A DNA stretch of 64,000 nucleotides from Candidatus Saccharimonadales bacterium (GTDB taxonomy: Bacteria > Patescibacteriota > Saccharimonadia > Saccharimonadales > JAYRRP01): contig JAYRIP010000003.1 in the NCBI GenBank assembly GCA_041906765.1, positions 30,760 to 94,759 on the forward strand, in the 5' to 3' direction. A model generated the notes under the pieces. The model was given only the letters and a program-made list of their open reading frames with translations, ran no database searches and had not been told where the DNA came from. Shown here piece after piece: positions 18,429 through 28,083 of the stretch. The stretch's first letter is position 1. Every line of letters starts with the position of its first letter. Position numbers and translations under genes: made by a program.

Positions 18429-18498
18429 GCAGTGCGATTGTTAATGCGAAAGAACGGTTTAGTCAAAGTTGATTATGCTATATGTATGAGAAACAACT

Positions 18499-19455
18499 AT
18501 GAGCGAGAATAGTACAAATAAAATTTGGGATGTCATTATGGTGGGAGCAGGTCCGGCGGCGTTAGCGGCAGCAATCTATACCACCAGAGAAGATATTACG
18601 ACGTTGCTATTTGAAAAAGGAGTAATCGGCGGATTGGCAGCCATTACAGATTGGATTGATAATTATCCGGGTTTTCCAAAAGGTATTGCGGGCCTGGAAT
18701 TGGCGGAAAACCTTAATCAGCAAGCAGAGCGTTTCGGAGCCCAAATTGAACTTGGCGAAGTCCAAAAAATTACGGACCAGGACGGTCACAAAGTACTGCA
18801 AACAACGAGCGGTAGTTTCCGCGCTAAAGCAATACTTATTGCAACTGGCAGCGATTATAAAAAAATAGGTGTACCTGGCGAGCAGGAATTTTATGGCCGT
18901 GGTGTCCATTATTGTGCTACCTGTGACGGTGCATTTTACCGTGACAAGCGTTTGGTGGTGGTGGGCGGAGGTAACTCAGCGGTGCAGGAAGCAATTTTTC
19001 TAACCCGCTTTGCAAGTTCTATTGACATACTGGTGCGCAAAGATCACTTCCGGGCATCTGATGTGCTCCAGAAGGAGTTAACAAAGCATAAAGATAAGAT
19101 CAAAGTACATTTTAATACCACTACTGACGAGATTATTGGCGAGATCGGTCAGGTGACGGAGGTTATTGGCACGGATGTGACCAAAAACAAGACTGTCCGG
19201 TTTCCTACCGATGGAGTATTTGTGTTCGTTGGACTTTCTCCTAATACCAGCTTCTTAACCAATTCGCCAGTTCGTCTTGACGATCAAGGGTTTATCATAG
19301 CTAATGAAGGATTACAGACGTCTATGGCAGGAGTCTTTGCAGCTGGTGATGTTCGCTCTGGTGCAACTATGCAGATCGCAAGTGCAAGCGGAGAGGGAGC
19401 GACTGCCGCATTAATGATTCGTAAATACTTGGAAGATCCTCCCGGCTTACAATAA
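18499..19455 (+). CDS. trxB: thioredoxin-disulfide reductase
   Basis: GAGPAALAAAIY FAD motif, redox-active CATCDG, GGGNSAVQEA NADPH motif. Confidence 0.92.
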   Translation: MSENSTNKIWDVIMVGAGPAALAAAIYTTREDITTLLFEKGVIGGLAAITDWIDNYPGFPKGIAGLELAENLNQQAERFGAQIELGEVQKITDQDGHKVLQTTSGSFRAKAILIATGSDYKKIGVPGEQEFYGRGVHYCATCDGAFYRDKRLVVVGGGNSAVQEAIFLTRFASSIDILVRKDHFRASDVLQKELTKHKDKIKVHFNTTTDEIIGEIGQVTEVIGTDVTKNKTVRFPTDGVFVFVGLSPNTSFLTNSPVRLDDQGFIIANEGLQTSMAGVFAAGDVRSGATMQIASASGEGATAALMIRKYLEDPPGLQ

Positions 19456-19500
19456 ACGGCAAAAGTGTACAATAAGGGGAGTAAGCGGGGGAAGTGATAT

Positions 19501-19950
19501 ATGAGGAAAGTAGCAGTCTTTATGCTTGTGGCATTGGCGCTTGGTGCAGCCGGTTGGTGGGTGATAGCCAAACAAAAAAGCCAAAAAGCGACTGTCAGTA
19601 CTTCTAGTCAGGGATCGGCCACTCATGAACAAACTACGAATTCGTCTTCGAGCACTGGCTCTGCTCCAGCTTCCAACCAGCAGACGGCAGAAACCGATAC
19701 TGTTTCCATCGCGAATTATGCCTATGCGCCAGCTGCAATTAAAATAAAAAAGGGTACAAAAGTTACCTGGACCAATAAAGATGGCGTTGGCCATACTGTG
19801 ACATCAGACAATGACAGTAAAGAGGTGTTTGATAGTCCTCTGCTCGAAAAAGACCAAACATTTTCTTACACTTTCAATCAAGCAGGGACTTTTCACTATC
19901 ATTGCCAACCTCACCCTTATATGAAGGGGAGTGTGGAAGTCGTAGAATAA
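19501..19950 (+). CDS. membrane-anchored type-1 copper (cupredoxin/plastocyanin-like) protein
   Basis: N-terminal TM, S/T/Q-rich linker and a cupredoxin domain with ligand pattern GHTV ... YHCQPHPYMKG (His, Cys, His, Met). Confidence 0.8.
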   Translation: MRKVAVFMLVALALGAAGWWVIAKQKSQKATVSTSSQGSATHEQTTNSSSSTGSAPASNQQTAETDTVSIANYAYAPAAIKIKKGTKVTWTNKDGVGHTVTSDNDSKEVFDSPLLEKDQTFSYTFNQAGTFHYHCQPHPYMKGSVEVVE

Positions 19951-19951
19951 A

Positions 19952-20662
19952 TTAAAAGCTTGGGTAATTAGGGAAATAATCAGTTACCACTTGGTTTTTT
20001 GGTATGCCCACAGAATTACTGGTTAGGCCATCAAAGAACTGTTCGACCATTGGTTCCGGACCAGCCAGGTAGACCAAGCGGTCTTTTATGTCCGGGCTCA
20101 GTTGAAGAATTCTATGTACATCAAGGTGTCCTGTTTCGCCTTTCCATGAAGTCGGTGGCTCGGTAGCAACAGGTACGAGCTCCACCCCGTACTCGTGGAA
20201 TAACTCAATGAAAGCGAACTCCTGGGATTTAGCTGCCGCATATATGAGCCGTATGTTACGCCGAAGTTTTTTATCGCTCAGCCATTTCACCATGCTGCGA
20301 TAGGGAGTTACACCAATCCCCCCGGCCACAAAGAGAAGGGGGCGATTTGAATCTTGTGGAAGTACAAAATCGCCCAAAGGCTCGTCGGCGCGGATAACGG
20401 CACCTGGTATTAATTTCTGCAAGTGCTGCTTAAAGCTACTTGAGCGTGAGGGGTCTAGTTTTATCGTAATGGACCACAATTTTTCAGTTGGTGACGAAGA
20501 GAGCGTAAACCAGCGGCTGTCGCCTCGCGCATCCATTTGTTCGTGCGGCAAGTAGAGCTTAGTGTACTGTCCGGGGGTGTAGTGTACTGAGTGCTCTGGC
20601 TCGAAAAAGAAGCTGCGAATACCTTTCGCCACAGCCTCGCTACGTATAAATGTAAGTTTCAT
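19952..20662 (-). CDS. ferredoxin-NADP reductase-like FAD/NAD(P)-binding oxidoreductase
   Basis: RWFTLSSSP (RxYS-type FAD motif) and GGIGVTP (NAD(P) motif). ATGA overlap with the upstream GDPD gene. Confidence 0.7.
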   Translation of the reverse strand: MKLTFIRSEAVAKGIRSFFFEPEHSVHYTPGQYTKLYLPHEQMDARGDSRWFTLSSSPTEKLWSITIKLDPSRSSSFKQHLQKLIPGAVIRADEPLGDFVLPQDSNRPLLFVAGGIGVTPYRSMVKWLSDKKLRRNIRLIYAAAKSQEFAFIELFHEYGVELVPVATEPPTSWKGETGHLDVHRILQLSPDIKDRLVYLAGPEPMVEQFFDGLTSNSVGIPKNQVVTDYFPNYPSF

Positions 20663-21393
20663 ATACGAGGCGCTTTCCGTACTGCTGACTGTAGAAACTT
20701 ACGCTTGAGGTGCTTCGTGGTCAGTTTTTTGCCAGTTAAGAGATCCGGGTAGTCGGTACAGATGGCTACACGTGGATAAAGTAGACGGATAAATCGCATG
20801 TTGAAACGACTGTTGACGGTATAAACATAAACAATAAGATGGTGCCGCTTGGCCCGGAAATAAGTGAACGGATTAAGCAGCCAGAAATTAAGCCCCAAGC
20901 CGTCAAGTTTGAAGATTTTCGAAAGATGCAATATATCAAATGGTTTCGTGTGCTCTAGTGCCAGCAGTTTAATGCGAGGATTGATATCACGAAGCACAAC
21001 AAGCTCACTGATGATAAATGAGGCGACGTACACGCGAGGAGTGGGAAACTTTTTTAGGAGATCAGCCAGCAACCGGGCGCAACCATCTTCTTTTAGTTCG
21101 ATAATGACAGTTTTTTTACCAATCAGCGTAAGTGCTTCTGCCAAGGTTATAATTCTTGATCCATCAACCAAGTCTATTTTACGAAGTTGCCTTAATGTAA
21201 GGTTCTTTACTTGTTCTGGCCGGGCGGCAATATGCAACAGGTTATCGTCGTGACAAAGTACCAGTTGGTTATCTTTAGTTTTCCGGACGTCTATTTCAAC
21301 AGTATCTGCGCCAGTCTCAAGAGCTGCCTTTATACTGGCAGCTGTGTTTTCTAGGGCAAGCCCGGCTGCCCCACGATGCCCAATAATTTTCAT
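20659..21393 (-). CDS. glycerophosphodiester phosphodiesterase
   Basis: N-terminal IGHRGAAGLALENT and EIDVRKTKD motifs of the GDPD family. Confidence 0.85.
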   Translation of the reverse strand: MKIIGHRGAAGLALENTAASIKAALETGADTVEIDVRKTKDNQLVLCHDDNLLHIAARPEQVKNLTLRQLRKIDLVDGSRIITLAEALTLIGKKTVIIELKEDGCARLLADLLKKFPTPRVYVASFIISELVVLRDINPRIKLLALEHTKPFDILHLSKIFKLDGLGLNFWLLNPFTYFRAKRHHLIVYVYTVNSRFNMRFIRLLYPRVAICTDYPDLLTGKKLTTKHLKRKFLQSAVRKAPRI

Positions 21394-21400
21394 TATTTAT

Positions 21401-21410
21401 AGTGTACAAT
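21401..21410. promoter_or_regulatory. overlapping divergent -10 boxes (minus TACACT for GDPD, plus TACAAT for ppa)
   Basis: AGTGTACAAT: 21401-21406 reads TACACT on the minus strand (7 nt from ATG 21393). 21405-21410 reads TACAAT on the plus strand (leader with AGGAG before ATG 21444). Confidence 0.45.
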
Positions 21411-21443
21411 ATCGATGGAATTTGAGGTAACAGGAGAGTAATC

Positions 21444-21974
21444 ATGGCAGATAGGCAAGTTGGGTATGGTGACCAAGCCCCCGAAGTAGTGAACGTGGTA
21501 ATCGAGATTCAAAAAGGCAGTCGCAATAAATACGAGCTCGATAAAGCAACTGGCCGGATATTTTTAGACAGAGTAAACGGTACGCTTTTGGGCTATCCCA
21601 CTGATTATGGCTATGTGCCTGATACGTTATGTGAAGATGGCGACCCCTTAGATGTATTACTGGTCATCGACGAGTCGGTACCACTTGGCGTAGTGGTGCC
21701 CTCTCGACCTATTGGAGTACTCTATTTTGAAGATGGCGGTGAAAAGGATGAAAAACTTATTTGTGTCCCAGTGGACGATATAAGTAAAAGTCATATCCGT
21801 AGTCTTGAGGATTTGGGGGAAGCATTCAAGAAGAATATTGAACATTTTTACCTGCACTATAAAGACTGGAAAAAAGATTGGCAGGGAGTCTCTGCAAAAC
21901 TAAACGGCTGGGGAGATGCTCAAGAAGCTCAACAAGTAATCCGTACTTCTATTGAGAAAGTAGCCCACAAATAG
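21444..21974 (+). CDS. ppa: inorganic pyrophosphatase (family I)
   Basis: YELDK...GRI.LDR and EDGDPLDVLLV motifs, 176 aa. Confidence 0.92.
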   Translation: MADRQVGYGDQAPEVVNVVIEIQKGSRNKYELDKATGRIFLDRVNGTLLGYPTDYGYVPDTLCEDGDPLDVLLVIDESVPLGVVVPSRPIGVLYFEDGGEKDEKLICVPVDDISKSHIRSLEDLGEAFKKNIEHFYLHYKDWKKDWQGVSAKLNGWGDAQEAQQVIRTSIEKVAHK

Positions 21975-22399
21975 TGAAAACCTGCCCTGTCGCCAAGGCA
22001 CTCCTGATAAATGACCATGGTGAACTGTTGTTAATGCGCCGCAGCAAAACAGCTCCGCGCAGGGCGCTTGAATGGGACTTGCCAGGTGGACTTGTTGAAG
22101 AAGGTGAGGACTTTGGTGAGGCACTTAGCCGTGAGATAGAAGAGGAAGCCGGTTTAAAGATTAATCCGTCGCAACTTGATGTGGTTTATACCAAAACGAT
22201 GATTAAAGAAAATATAAATGTGGTGTATATCTTTTTTGCAGCCAAGGTGTCTTTAGAAAAAGTAAGGCTCAGTCATGAACATGATCAGTTTAAGTGGACG
22301 CCGCTAGAGCGAGCACTTCACGAAATAAAGTATGATTTGCATCGTGAACTGATTTCACATGTCCTGACAAATACTATCCTGCCTGATTTGCCAACGTAA
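21974..22399 (+). CDS. NUDIX hydrolase
   Basis: Nudix box GGLVEEGEDFGEALSREIEEEAGL. GTG start overlaps the ppa stop. Confidence 0.85.
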   Translation: MKTCPVAKALLINDHGELLLMRRSKTAPRRALEWDLPGGLVEEGEDFGEALSREIEEEAGLKINPSQLDVVYTKTMIKENINVVYIFFAAKVSLEKVRLSHEHDQFKWTPLERALHEIKYDLHRELISHVLTNTILPDLPT

Positions 22400-22465
22400 G
22401 TTTATAAACTGTTTGCGTAAAGCATAAGCGCTGCGTTACAATACCCCTGACAAAAGGGGGCAATA

Positions 22466-23506
22466 ATGAAGACACGGGTGGCAATTAATGGCTTCGGTCG
22501 GATTGGCCGGAATGCGTTTAAAGTGGCAAACGAGCGCTCGGACATAGAAGTTGTTGCCATAAACGATTTGACAGATACCAAGACACTCGCTCACCTTCTG
22601 AGGCACGACAGCAACTACGGAACATACGAGTATAAAGTTGATTATGATGATAAGCATATTATTGTGAATGGCCACAAAATGGCTGTAGTGGCAGAAAAAG
22701 ATCCCGCGTTATTGCCTTGGAAAGAGAAAAAAATTGACGTAGTCATCGAATCTACCGGATTGTTTGTAAAACCAGAATTAGCGCGGGCACACTTGAAAGC
22801 GGGAGCCAGTCGTGTCGTCATCTCGGCGCCCGCCAAAGGAGAAGGCGCGACAACGGTAGTATTGGGTGTAAATGAGGATAGCCTCAAAGGATCTGAGGAA
22901 ATTATCAGTAATGCTTCATGTACCACCAACTGCATTACGCCTGTTGCGGCAGTAATTGAAGGTGAATTTGGTATTGAGAAAGCTATGATGACAACGGTTC
23001 ATAGTTATACGGCGAGTCAACGCCTACAGGATGCACCAGCAAAAGACTTACGCGAAGCCCGCAACGCAGCTGAAAATATTGTGCCCACTACTACTGGTGC
23101 TTCAATCGCTGCTGCCAAAGCGCTGCCGGCTTTGGAGGGAATATTTGGCGGCTTGAGCATTCGAGTGCCCACGCCGGTAGTTTCGTTAAGTGACTTTGTT
23201 ATCATCACAAAAAAACCGGTGACAGTTGAAGCAGTTAATAAAGCTTTCGTGAAAGCTTCGAAGGAGCCTTATTATCAAGGGATACTTGGTGTGACAGAAG
23301 AAGAGCTGGTAAGTAGTGATTTTATTGGTAATAGCCACTCAGCGATTGTTGATCTCAGTCTGACCGCGGTGATTGGCAACAACATGTTGAAAGTGGTGGC
23401 TTGGTATGACAATGAGTGGGGATATAGCAACCGTTTGGTTGAAGTAGTGGCTGATACGGGACGGATTTTGCACGATAAAGAGGATCACGCTGCGCGCCAC
23501 GATTAG
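22466..23506 (+). CDS. gap: glyceraldehyde-3-phosphate dehydrogenase
   Basis: INGFGRIGRN, catalytic SNASCTTNC, WYDNEWGYS. Confidence 0.95.
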   Translation: MKTRVAINGFGRIGRNAFKVANERSDIEVVAINDLTDTKTLAHLLRHDSNYGTYEYKVDYDDKHIIVNGHKMAVVAEKDPALLPWKEKKIDVVIESTGLFVKPELARAHLKAGASRVVISAPAKGEGATTVVLGVNEDSLKGSEEIISNASCTTNCITPVAAVIEGEFGIEKAMMTTVHSYTASQRLQDAPAKDLREARNAAENIVPTTTGASIAAAKALPALEGIFGGLSIRVPTPVVSLSDFVIITKKPVTVEAVNKAFVKASKEPYYQGILGVTEEELVSSDFIGNSHSAIVDLSLTAVIGNNMLKVVAWYDNEWGYSNRLVEVVADTGRILHDKEDHAARHD

Positions 23507-23508
23507 CT

Positions 23509-23952
23509 ATGAAAATTTATGTAGGTGCTGATCACAACGGCTATCAACTCAGAAATAGCTTGCTCCAGTACTTAAAAGAGGCACAATATGACGTAGAGGA
23601 TGAGGGCGACACGCGCCTTGATCCCGACGATGACTACCCACAATTTGCGACTCGTGTGGTTGCTAAGATCCTAAGTAGTAAAGATCCTGAGCCACGGGGC
23701 ATATTAATTTGTGGTAGCGGACAAGGCATGTGCATGGCGGCTAATCGTTATAGAGGTATTCGGGCCGGGCTTGGATATGACTTGGAATCAGTCAGAGCAA
23801 TTAGGAATGATGACGATAGCAATATTCTTTGCCTGCCGGCACGATCCTTGGATAAAAGCCAGGTAATGATTTTAGTGGAGGCTTGGCTTAATACACCTTT
23901 TGCCGGTGCAGCCAGGTTTGTGCGCAGGATGAAGGAACTTGATGAACTTTAG
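23509..23952 (+). CDS. rpiB: ribose-5-phosphate isomerase B
   Basis: LacAB_rpiB-type motifs (GADHNGY, ILICGSGQGMCMAANR), 147 aa. Confidence 0.88.
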   Translation: MKIYVGADHNGYQLRNSLLQYLKEAQYDVEDEGDTRLDPDDDYPQFATRVVAKILSSKDPEPRGILICGSGQGMCMAANRYRGIRAGLGYDLESVRAIRNDDDSNILCLPARSLDKSQVMILVEAWLNTPFAGAARFVRRMKELDEL

Positions 23953-23985
23953 CTTTTCTAGGGCTGACATAATGGGGGAAGAAAT

Positions 23986-24639
23986 ATGGCGGTGATATGT
24001 CCAACGGTCTTGGCTGCAGATCCGCATCATTTCCGTGATCAAATGGATCGCGTGACTCCTTTTGCGTCAAGGGTACAGATAGATCTTACAGATGGTATAT
24101 TTGCTTCCCCTAGCACAATGAGTCTTGAATCTATCTGGTGGCCATCGAATATCCAAGCAGATATACATCTTATGTACCAGAAACCCACCCGGCACCTAAA
24201 ATTACTGAAACAGCTGAATCCTTCTTTAGTTATTGTCCATGCCGAGGCGGACGGTAATTTCTTTGAAATTGCCACATCGCTCAAGCAGGCAGGCATAAAG
24301 GTTGGCGTTGCTCTCTTGAAAGATACTCCTGTGAAGCGGATCCTGCCGGCCCTGCCACATATTGATCACGTGCTGATATTTAGTGGTGATCTGGGGCGCT
24401 TTGGAGGCGAAGCCGACTTATCCCTGTTGACAAAGATTGCCGAGCTTCGCCGTCATCCCACTTCGCAAGTTGAAGTCGGTTGGGATGGAGGGATAAATTC
24501 GCAAAATGCCTGTCAACTTGCTGAAGGTGGCGTTGATGTACTCAATGTTGGTGGCTTTATCCAGCGAGCGGACAATCCTCAACAAGCTTATGCTACACTG
24601 GAGCAGACATTAAATTCGCAGCAGGTAAATAGTCAATGA
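23986..24639 (+). CDS. ribulose-phosphate 3-epimerase family protein (divergent)
   Basis: Rpe-like layout: PTVLAAD, QIDLTDGIF (canonical HxDvMDGxF), DIHLM, GWDGGI. Sits between rpiB and the transketolase genes. Confidence 0.65.
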   Translation: MAVICPTVLAADPHHFRDQMDRVTPFASRVQIDLTDGIFASPSTMSLESIWWPSNIQADIHLMYQKPTRHLKLLKQLNPSLVIVHAEADGNFFEIATSLKQAGIKVGVALLKDTPVKRILPALPHIDHVLIFSGDLGRFGGEADLSLLTKIAELRRHPTSQVEVGWDGGINSQNACQLAEGGVDVLNVGGFIQRADNPQQAYATLEQTLNSQQVNSQ

Positions 24640-25493
24640 ATAAACTATCTGTCCATGAATTGGAGCTAAAAGCGAATGATATTCGCATGGATATCGTGAC
24701 GATGCTTGAACATGCCGGCAGTGGTCATAGCGCTGGCCCTTTGGGTCTGGCGGAAGTATTTACGGCGCTCTATTTTGATATCCTCAAACACGACCCGAAA
24801 AAACCACACTGGAAAGAGCGCGATATTCTGGTATTGAGTAACGGCCATTGTGTGCCGGTAAGATACGTCACGATGGCACATGCCGGCTATTTTCAGCATG
24901 AAGAACTTATGACATTGCGGCAATTCGGTTCTCGCTTGCAAGGTCATCCTGAACGGACAAAATTGCCTGGCCTTGAAACCACCAGTGGCCCGCTGGGGAG
25001 TGGTTTAAGCCAAGCTGCAGGCATGGCGCTGGCCTTTAGGATGGATAACCAACAAACCTACCGCTGGGTGTACGTCGTCATGGGAGATGGAGAACTTGAC
25101 GAAGGTAATGTCTGGGAAGCAGCCATGCTTTGCGCCAAATATAAGCTTCATAACGTGATTGGTATTATTGACCGGAACAATATCCAAATTGATGGCCCAA
25201 CTGAAACGGTGATGCCCCTAGAAGATCTCAAGGGTAAATGGGAAAGCTTTGGTTGGCACGTCTTAGAGATCGACGGAAACAGTATCGAGCAGATAATTGA
25301 CGCCTGCACGATGGCGCGGGCAATCGTCGAAAAACCTGTCATGATTATTGCTCACACAGTTCCCGGTAAAGGGGTAGATTTCATGGAATACGATTTTCAC
25401 TGGCACGGTAAACCGCCCAATGAGAAAGAAGCCAAAAAGGCATTGCATGAACTACGGACATTGGGCGGAAAAATCAGGAGTGAGCATCAATGA
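24636..25493 (+). CDS. transketolase, N-terminal (TPP-binding) subunit
   Basis: GHSAGPLG and GDGELDEGNVWEA thiamine-diphosphate motifs. ATGA overlaps at both ends. Confidence 0.92.
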   Translation: MNKLSVHELELKANDIRMDIVTMLEHAGSGHSAGPLGLAEVFTALYFDILKHDPKKPHWKERDILVLSNGHCVPVRYVTMAHAGYFQHEELMTLRQFGSRLQGHPERTKLPGLETTSGPLGSGLSQAAGMALAFRMDNQQTYRWVYVVMGDGELDEGNVWEAAMLCAKYKLHNVIGIIDRNNIQIDGPTETVMPLEDLKGKWESFGWHVLEIDGNSIEQIIDACTMARAIVEKPVMIIAHTVPGKGVDFMEYDFHWHGKPPNEKEAKKALHELRTLGGKIRSEHQ

Positions 25494-26470
25494 GTCATTA
25501 CATTGAACAGGATTTGACCAGTGCTCAATTGGTTAGTGAGCCGATCAGAAAGGGTTTCGGTCGTGGCCTTTTGGCAGCCGCCCAAACCAACGAATCGGTC
25601 GTGGCGGCGTGTGCTGATCTTACTGAGTCAACCCAGATGCATTTATTTAAAGAAGCATTTCCGGAGCGGTTTGTAGAGATTGGGGTTGCGGAACAGAATT
25701 TAGTTACGGTTGGCGCCGGTTTGGCGGCAATGGGTAAAATTCCATTTGTTTCCAGCTATGCTGCCTTTAGTCCAGGCCGTAATTGGGAGCAAATTCGCAC
25801 GACAGTTTGTTTAAATGATCTACCGGTAAAAATAATTGGTTCTCACGCCGGAGTGTCGGTTGGACCCGATGGTGCTACACACCAAATGCTTGAAGACATT
25901 GCGTTGATGCGTACTTTGCCTAACATGACAGTCATTGCACCTGCTGACAGTATTGAGGCTGAGAAGGCGACCCATGCAGTCGTCGGCGATAAGCGACCAG
26001 CGTACATCCGACTTGCCCGCGAGGCTACCCCCGTATTTACTACCAATCGAACGCCATTTGAGATTGGTAAAGCTTATGTATTGGATCCAGGCCATGAAGT
26101 TACTATTATCGCCACTGGTACCATGACGTATCACGCGCTACTAGCAGCCCAGACGCTATATAAGGAGGGGATAGACGCCGAGATAGTGCATTGCCCGACT
26201 ATAAAGCCACTTGATGCTGCCACAATTTTGCAAAGTATTCGCAAAACCCGTGCGGTTGTTACGGCCGAAGAAGCCCAAGCTGCTGGTGGCCTTGGAGGTG
26301 CAGTTGCCGAGTTCTTGGCCGAGGAATTGCCTGTGCCAGTACTTCGAGTAGGAATCAGAGATAGATTCGGAGAATCAGGCAAGCCAGAAGAGCTGATGGC
26401 GCACTTTGGGCTGAGCAGTGCTCATATTGCTATGCAGGCGCATCAAGCTGTTCGACTGAAGCGTCAGTAG
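25490..26470 (+). CDS. transketolase, C-terminal (pyrimidine-binding) subunit
   Basis: GVAEQNLVTVGAGLA and GPDGATHQMLEDIALMR motifs. Confidence 0.92.
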   Translation: MSHYIEQDLTSAQLVSEPIRKGFGRGLLAAAQTNESVVAACADLTESTQMHLFKEAFPERFVEIGVAEQNLVTVGAGLAAMGKIPFVSSYAAFSPGRNWEQIRTTVCLNDLPVKIIGSHAGVSVGPDGATHQMLEDIALMRTLPNMTVIAPADSIEAEKATHAVVGDKRPAYIRLAREATPVFTTNRTPFEIGKAYVLDPGHEVTIIATGTMTYHALLAAQTLYKEGIDAEIVHCPTIKPLDAATILQSIRKTRAVVTAEEAQAAGGLGGAVAEFLAEELPVPVLRVGIRDRFGESGKPEELMAHFGLSSAHIAMQAHQAVRLKRQ

Positions 26471-27087
26471 TCAAACACCCTTTTTTTAAGGAGGAAAACT
26501 CTAAAAAAGATGGTAAAGCCATGAAAAGTAAGCATTTGGCCGAATAAAGACCATAGCAATAGCGCATATAAGTGTTGTGAATCCCAATTTGAAATGACCT
26601 GTTGATAATTGCTTGCCCACAAAGGGAACAACACCCGTAAGGCAAAATTCGCATACAATACCAATAAAATACCGATAAAAATACGAAAGATGATTTTTGT
26701 CAGAAATAATCGCAGATGTGGCTGAGGATGGGTATTCCGCGGATGTATATATTTGCTTAAGACCAGCTCATTATTCAGTTCGGTAGAAAAGTTACCAAAG
26801 AGCCAGATAAGGACATATACGATCATGCCGATTGCTCCCCAGAAAATACCTAGAGGTAGGGAACCACCAATTCGTTCGCCCAAAAGTTTGGGCAGTAATG
26901 AATCAATTGAACGTAATATCTCAGCATAGAAGCTGTAATCTTTTGGTACGTATAACCAACTTTTTAAGAATGATTGGCTACTGAGCAAGAGAGTGACAAA
27001 ACTGAGGAAAAGATAGACTGCCAGTTCAGCCCAAGTGGGAAGTAGCCAGAATAGTGACTGCAGTATTCTTTCTTGTCTGGGTGTCAT
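26464..27087 (-). CDS. hypothetical polytopic membrane protein
   Basis: 5-6 TM helices. TATAAT 10 nt upstream of the ATG on the minus strand. No family recognised. Confidence 0.55.
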   Translation of the reverse strand: MTPRQERILQSLFWLLPTWAELAVYLFLSFVTLLLSSQSFLKSWLYVPKDYSFYAEILRSIDSLLPKLLGERIGGSLPLGIFWGAIGMIVYVLIWLFGNFSTELNNELVLSKYIHPRNTHPQPHLRLFLTKIIFRIFIGILLVLYANFALRVLFPLWASNYQQVISNWDSQHLYALLLWSLFGQMLTFHGFTIFFRVFLLKKRVFDY

Positions 27088-27152
27088 CTTAACCAGAATT
27101 ATATGCTATCCTAAACATAAGCAAAATAATTGAACGATAAGACGGAAAATAA

Positions 27153-28070
27153 ATGCCACTGACGTTACGCCAGATACGCAAGAACTGCCAACAAGCCAGA
27201 GAGTTGATGAGTCGTGCACGGGCAGAATGTTTCGCCGTCGGGGCATTTAATCTTGATAATCAAGAAACGCTGATTGCCGTGGTTAAAGCGGCGAAAGCCA
27301 AACAGGCGCCTGTTTTAGTTGAGGTCAGCCATGGTGAAGCCGAATTGCTTGGCTTGGATAATGTAAGGGATATGGTAGAGAATTATAAGGCTGAGTATGG
27401 GGTAGAAATTTATATTAACCTTGATCATTCTCCGAGTGTGCAGAGTGCTGTTGCCGGCATAGAAGCCGGCTACGAATTTATCCATATTGATGTATCGCAA
27501 GCCAATCATGAAGCGAATGAGACGCAGATTATTGAAGAGACGAAAAAAGTAGTAGCTTATGCGAAATTAACGGGTGCTTTAGTAGAAAGTGAGCCCCATT
27601 ACTTCGGCGGTAGCTCGAACAGGCATACCGAAAAATTTGATTATGAAGAGGTAAAAAAGACGTTTAGCACACCAGAAGGCGCCAAAACTTTTGTGGAGGC
27701 CACCGGCGTAGATACTTACGCAGCGGCAATTGGCAATCTACACGGGCAGTATCCAGTACCGAAAATACTTGATTTGGAACTTTTACAGCATTTGCGAGAC
27801 GCACTGGATTGCAATATCAGTTTACATGGTGGCAGTGGTACGCCTGAGCATTACTTTATCGATGCAGCACGTATCGGCGTCAGCAAAATTAACATCAACT
27901 CTGACATGAGAGTTGCGTATCGTACTACGCTTGAGGAAGTATTATCCTCCAATAAGTCTGAATATGCAGTTATTAAGCTAATGGATAAAGTGATAAGCGC
28001 GGTACAGGCGATTGTAGAGGAAAAGATTGACGTGTTTGGTTCGGCGAACAAGGCAAAAACATGCGAGTAA
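27153..28070 (+). CDS. fba: class II fructose/tagatose-bisphosphate aldolase
   Basis: FAVGAFN, NLDHS and HGGSG motifs of class II ketose-bisphosphate aldolases. Confidence 0.88.
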   Translation: MPLTLRQIRKNCQQARELMSRARAECFAVGAFNLDNQETLIAVVKAAKAKQAPVLVEVSHGEAELLGLDNVRDMVENYKAEYGVEIYINLDHSPSVQSAVAGIEAGYEFIHIDVSQANHEANETQIIEETKKVVAYAKLTGALVESEPHYFGGSSNRHTEKFDYEEVKKTFSTPEGAKTFVEATGVDTYAAAIGNLHGQYPVPKILDLELLQHLRDALDCNISLHGGSGTPEHYFIDAARIGVSKININSDMRVAYRTTLEEVLSSNKSEYAVIKLMDKVISAVQAIVEEKIDVFGSANKAKTCE

Positions 28071-28083
28071 GGAGAAACCGCAG

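Noticed and set aside
24636-26470. Transketolase split into two ORFs as a frameshifted pseudogene
   Set aside because: The two halves meet at a clean ATGA overlap and each carries intact motifs. Split N/C transketolase subunits are a known natural arrangement.
28027-28083. Kinase ORF extended to 28027, overlapping fba
   Set aside because: An AAGGAG SD and the ATG at 28084 give a normal PfkB N-terminus. The extension is just open frame inside the fba 3' end.
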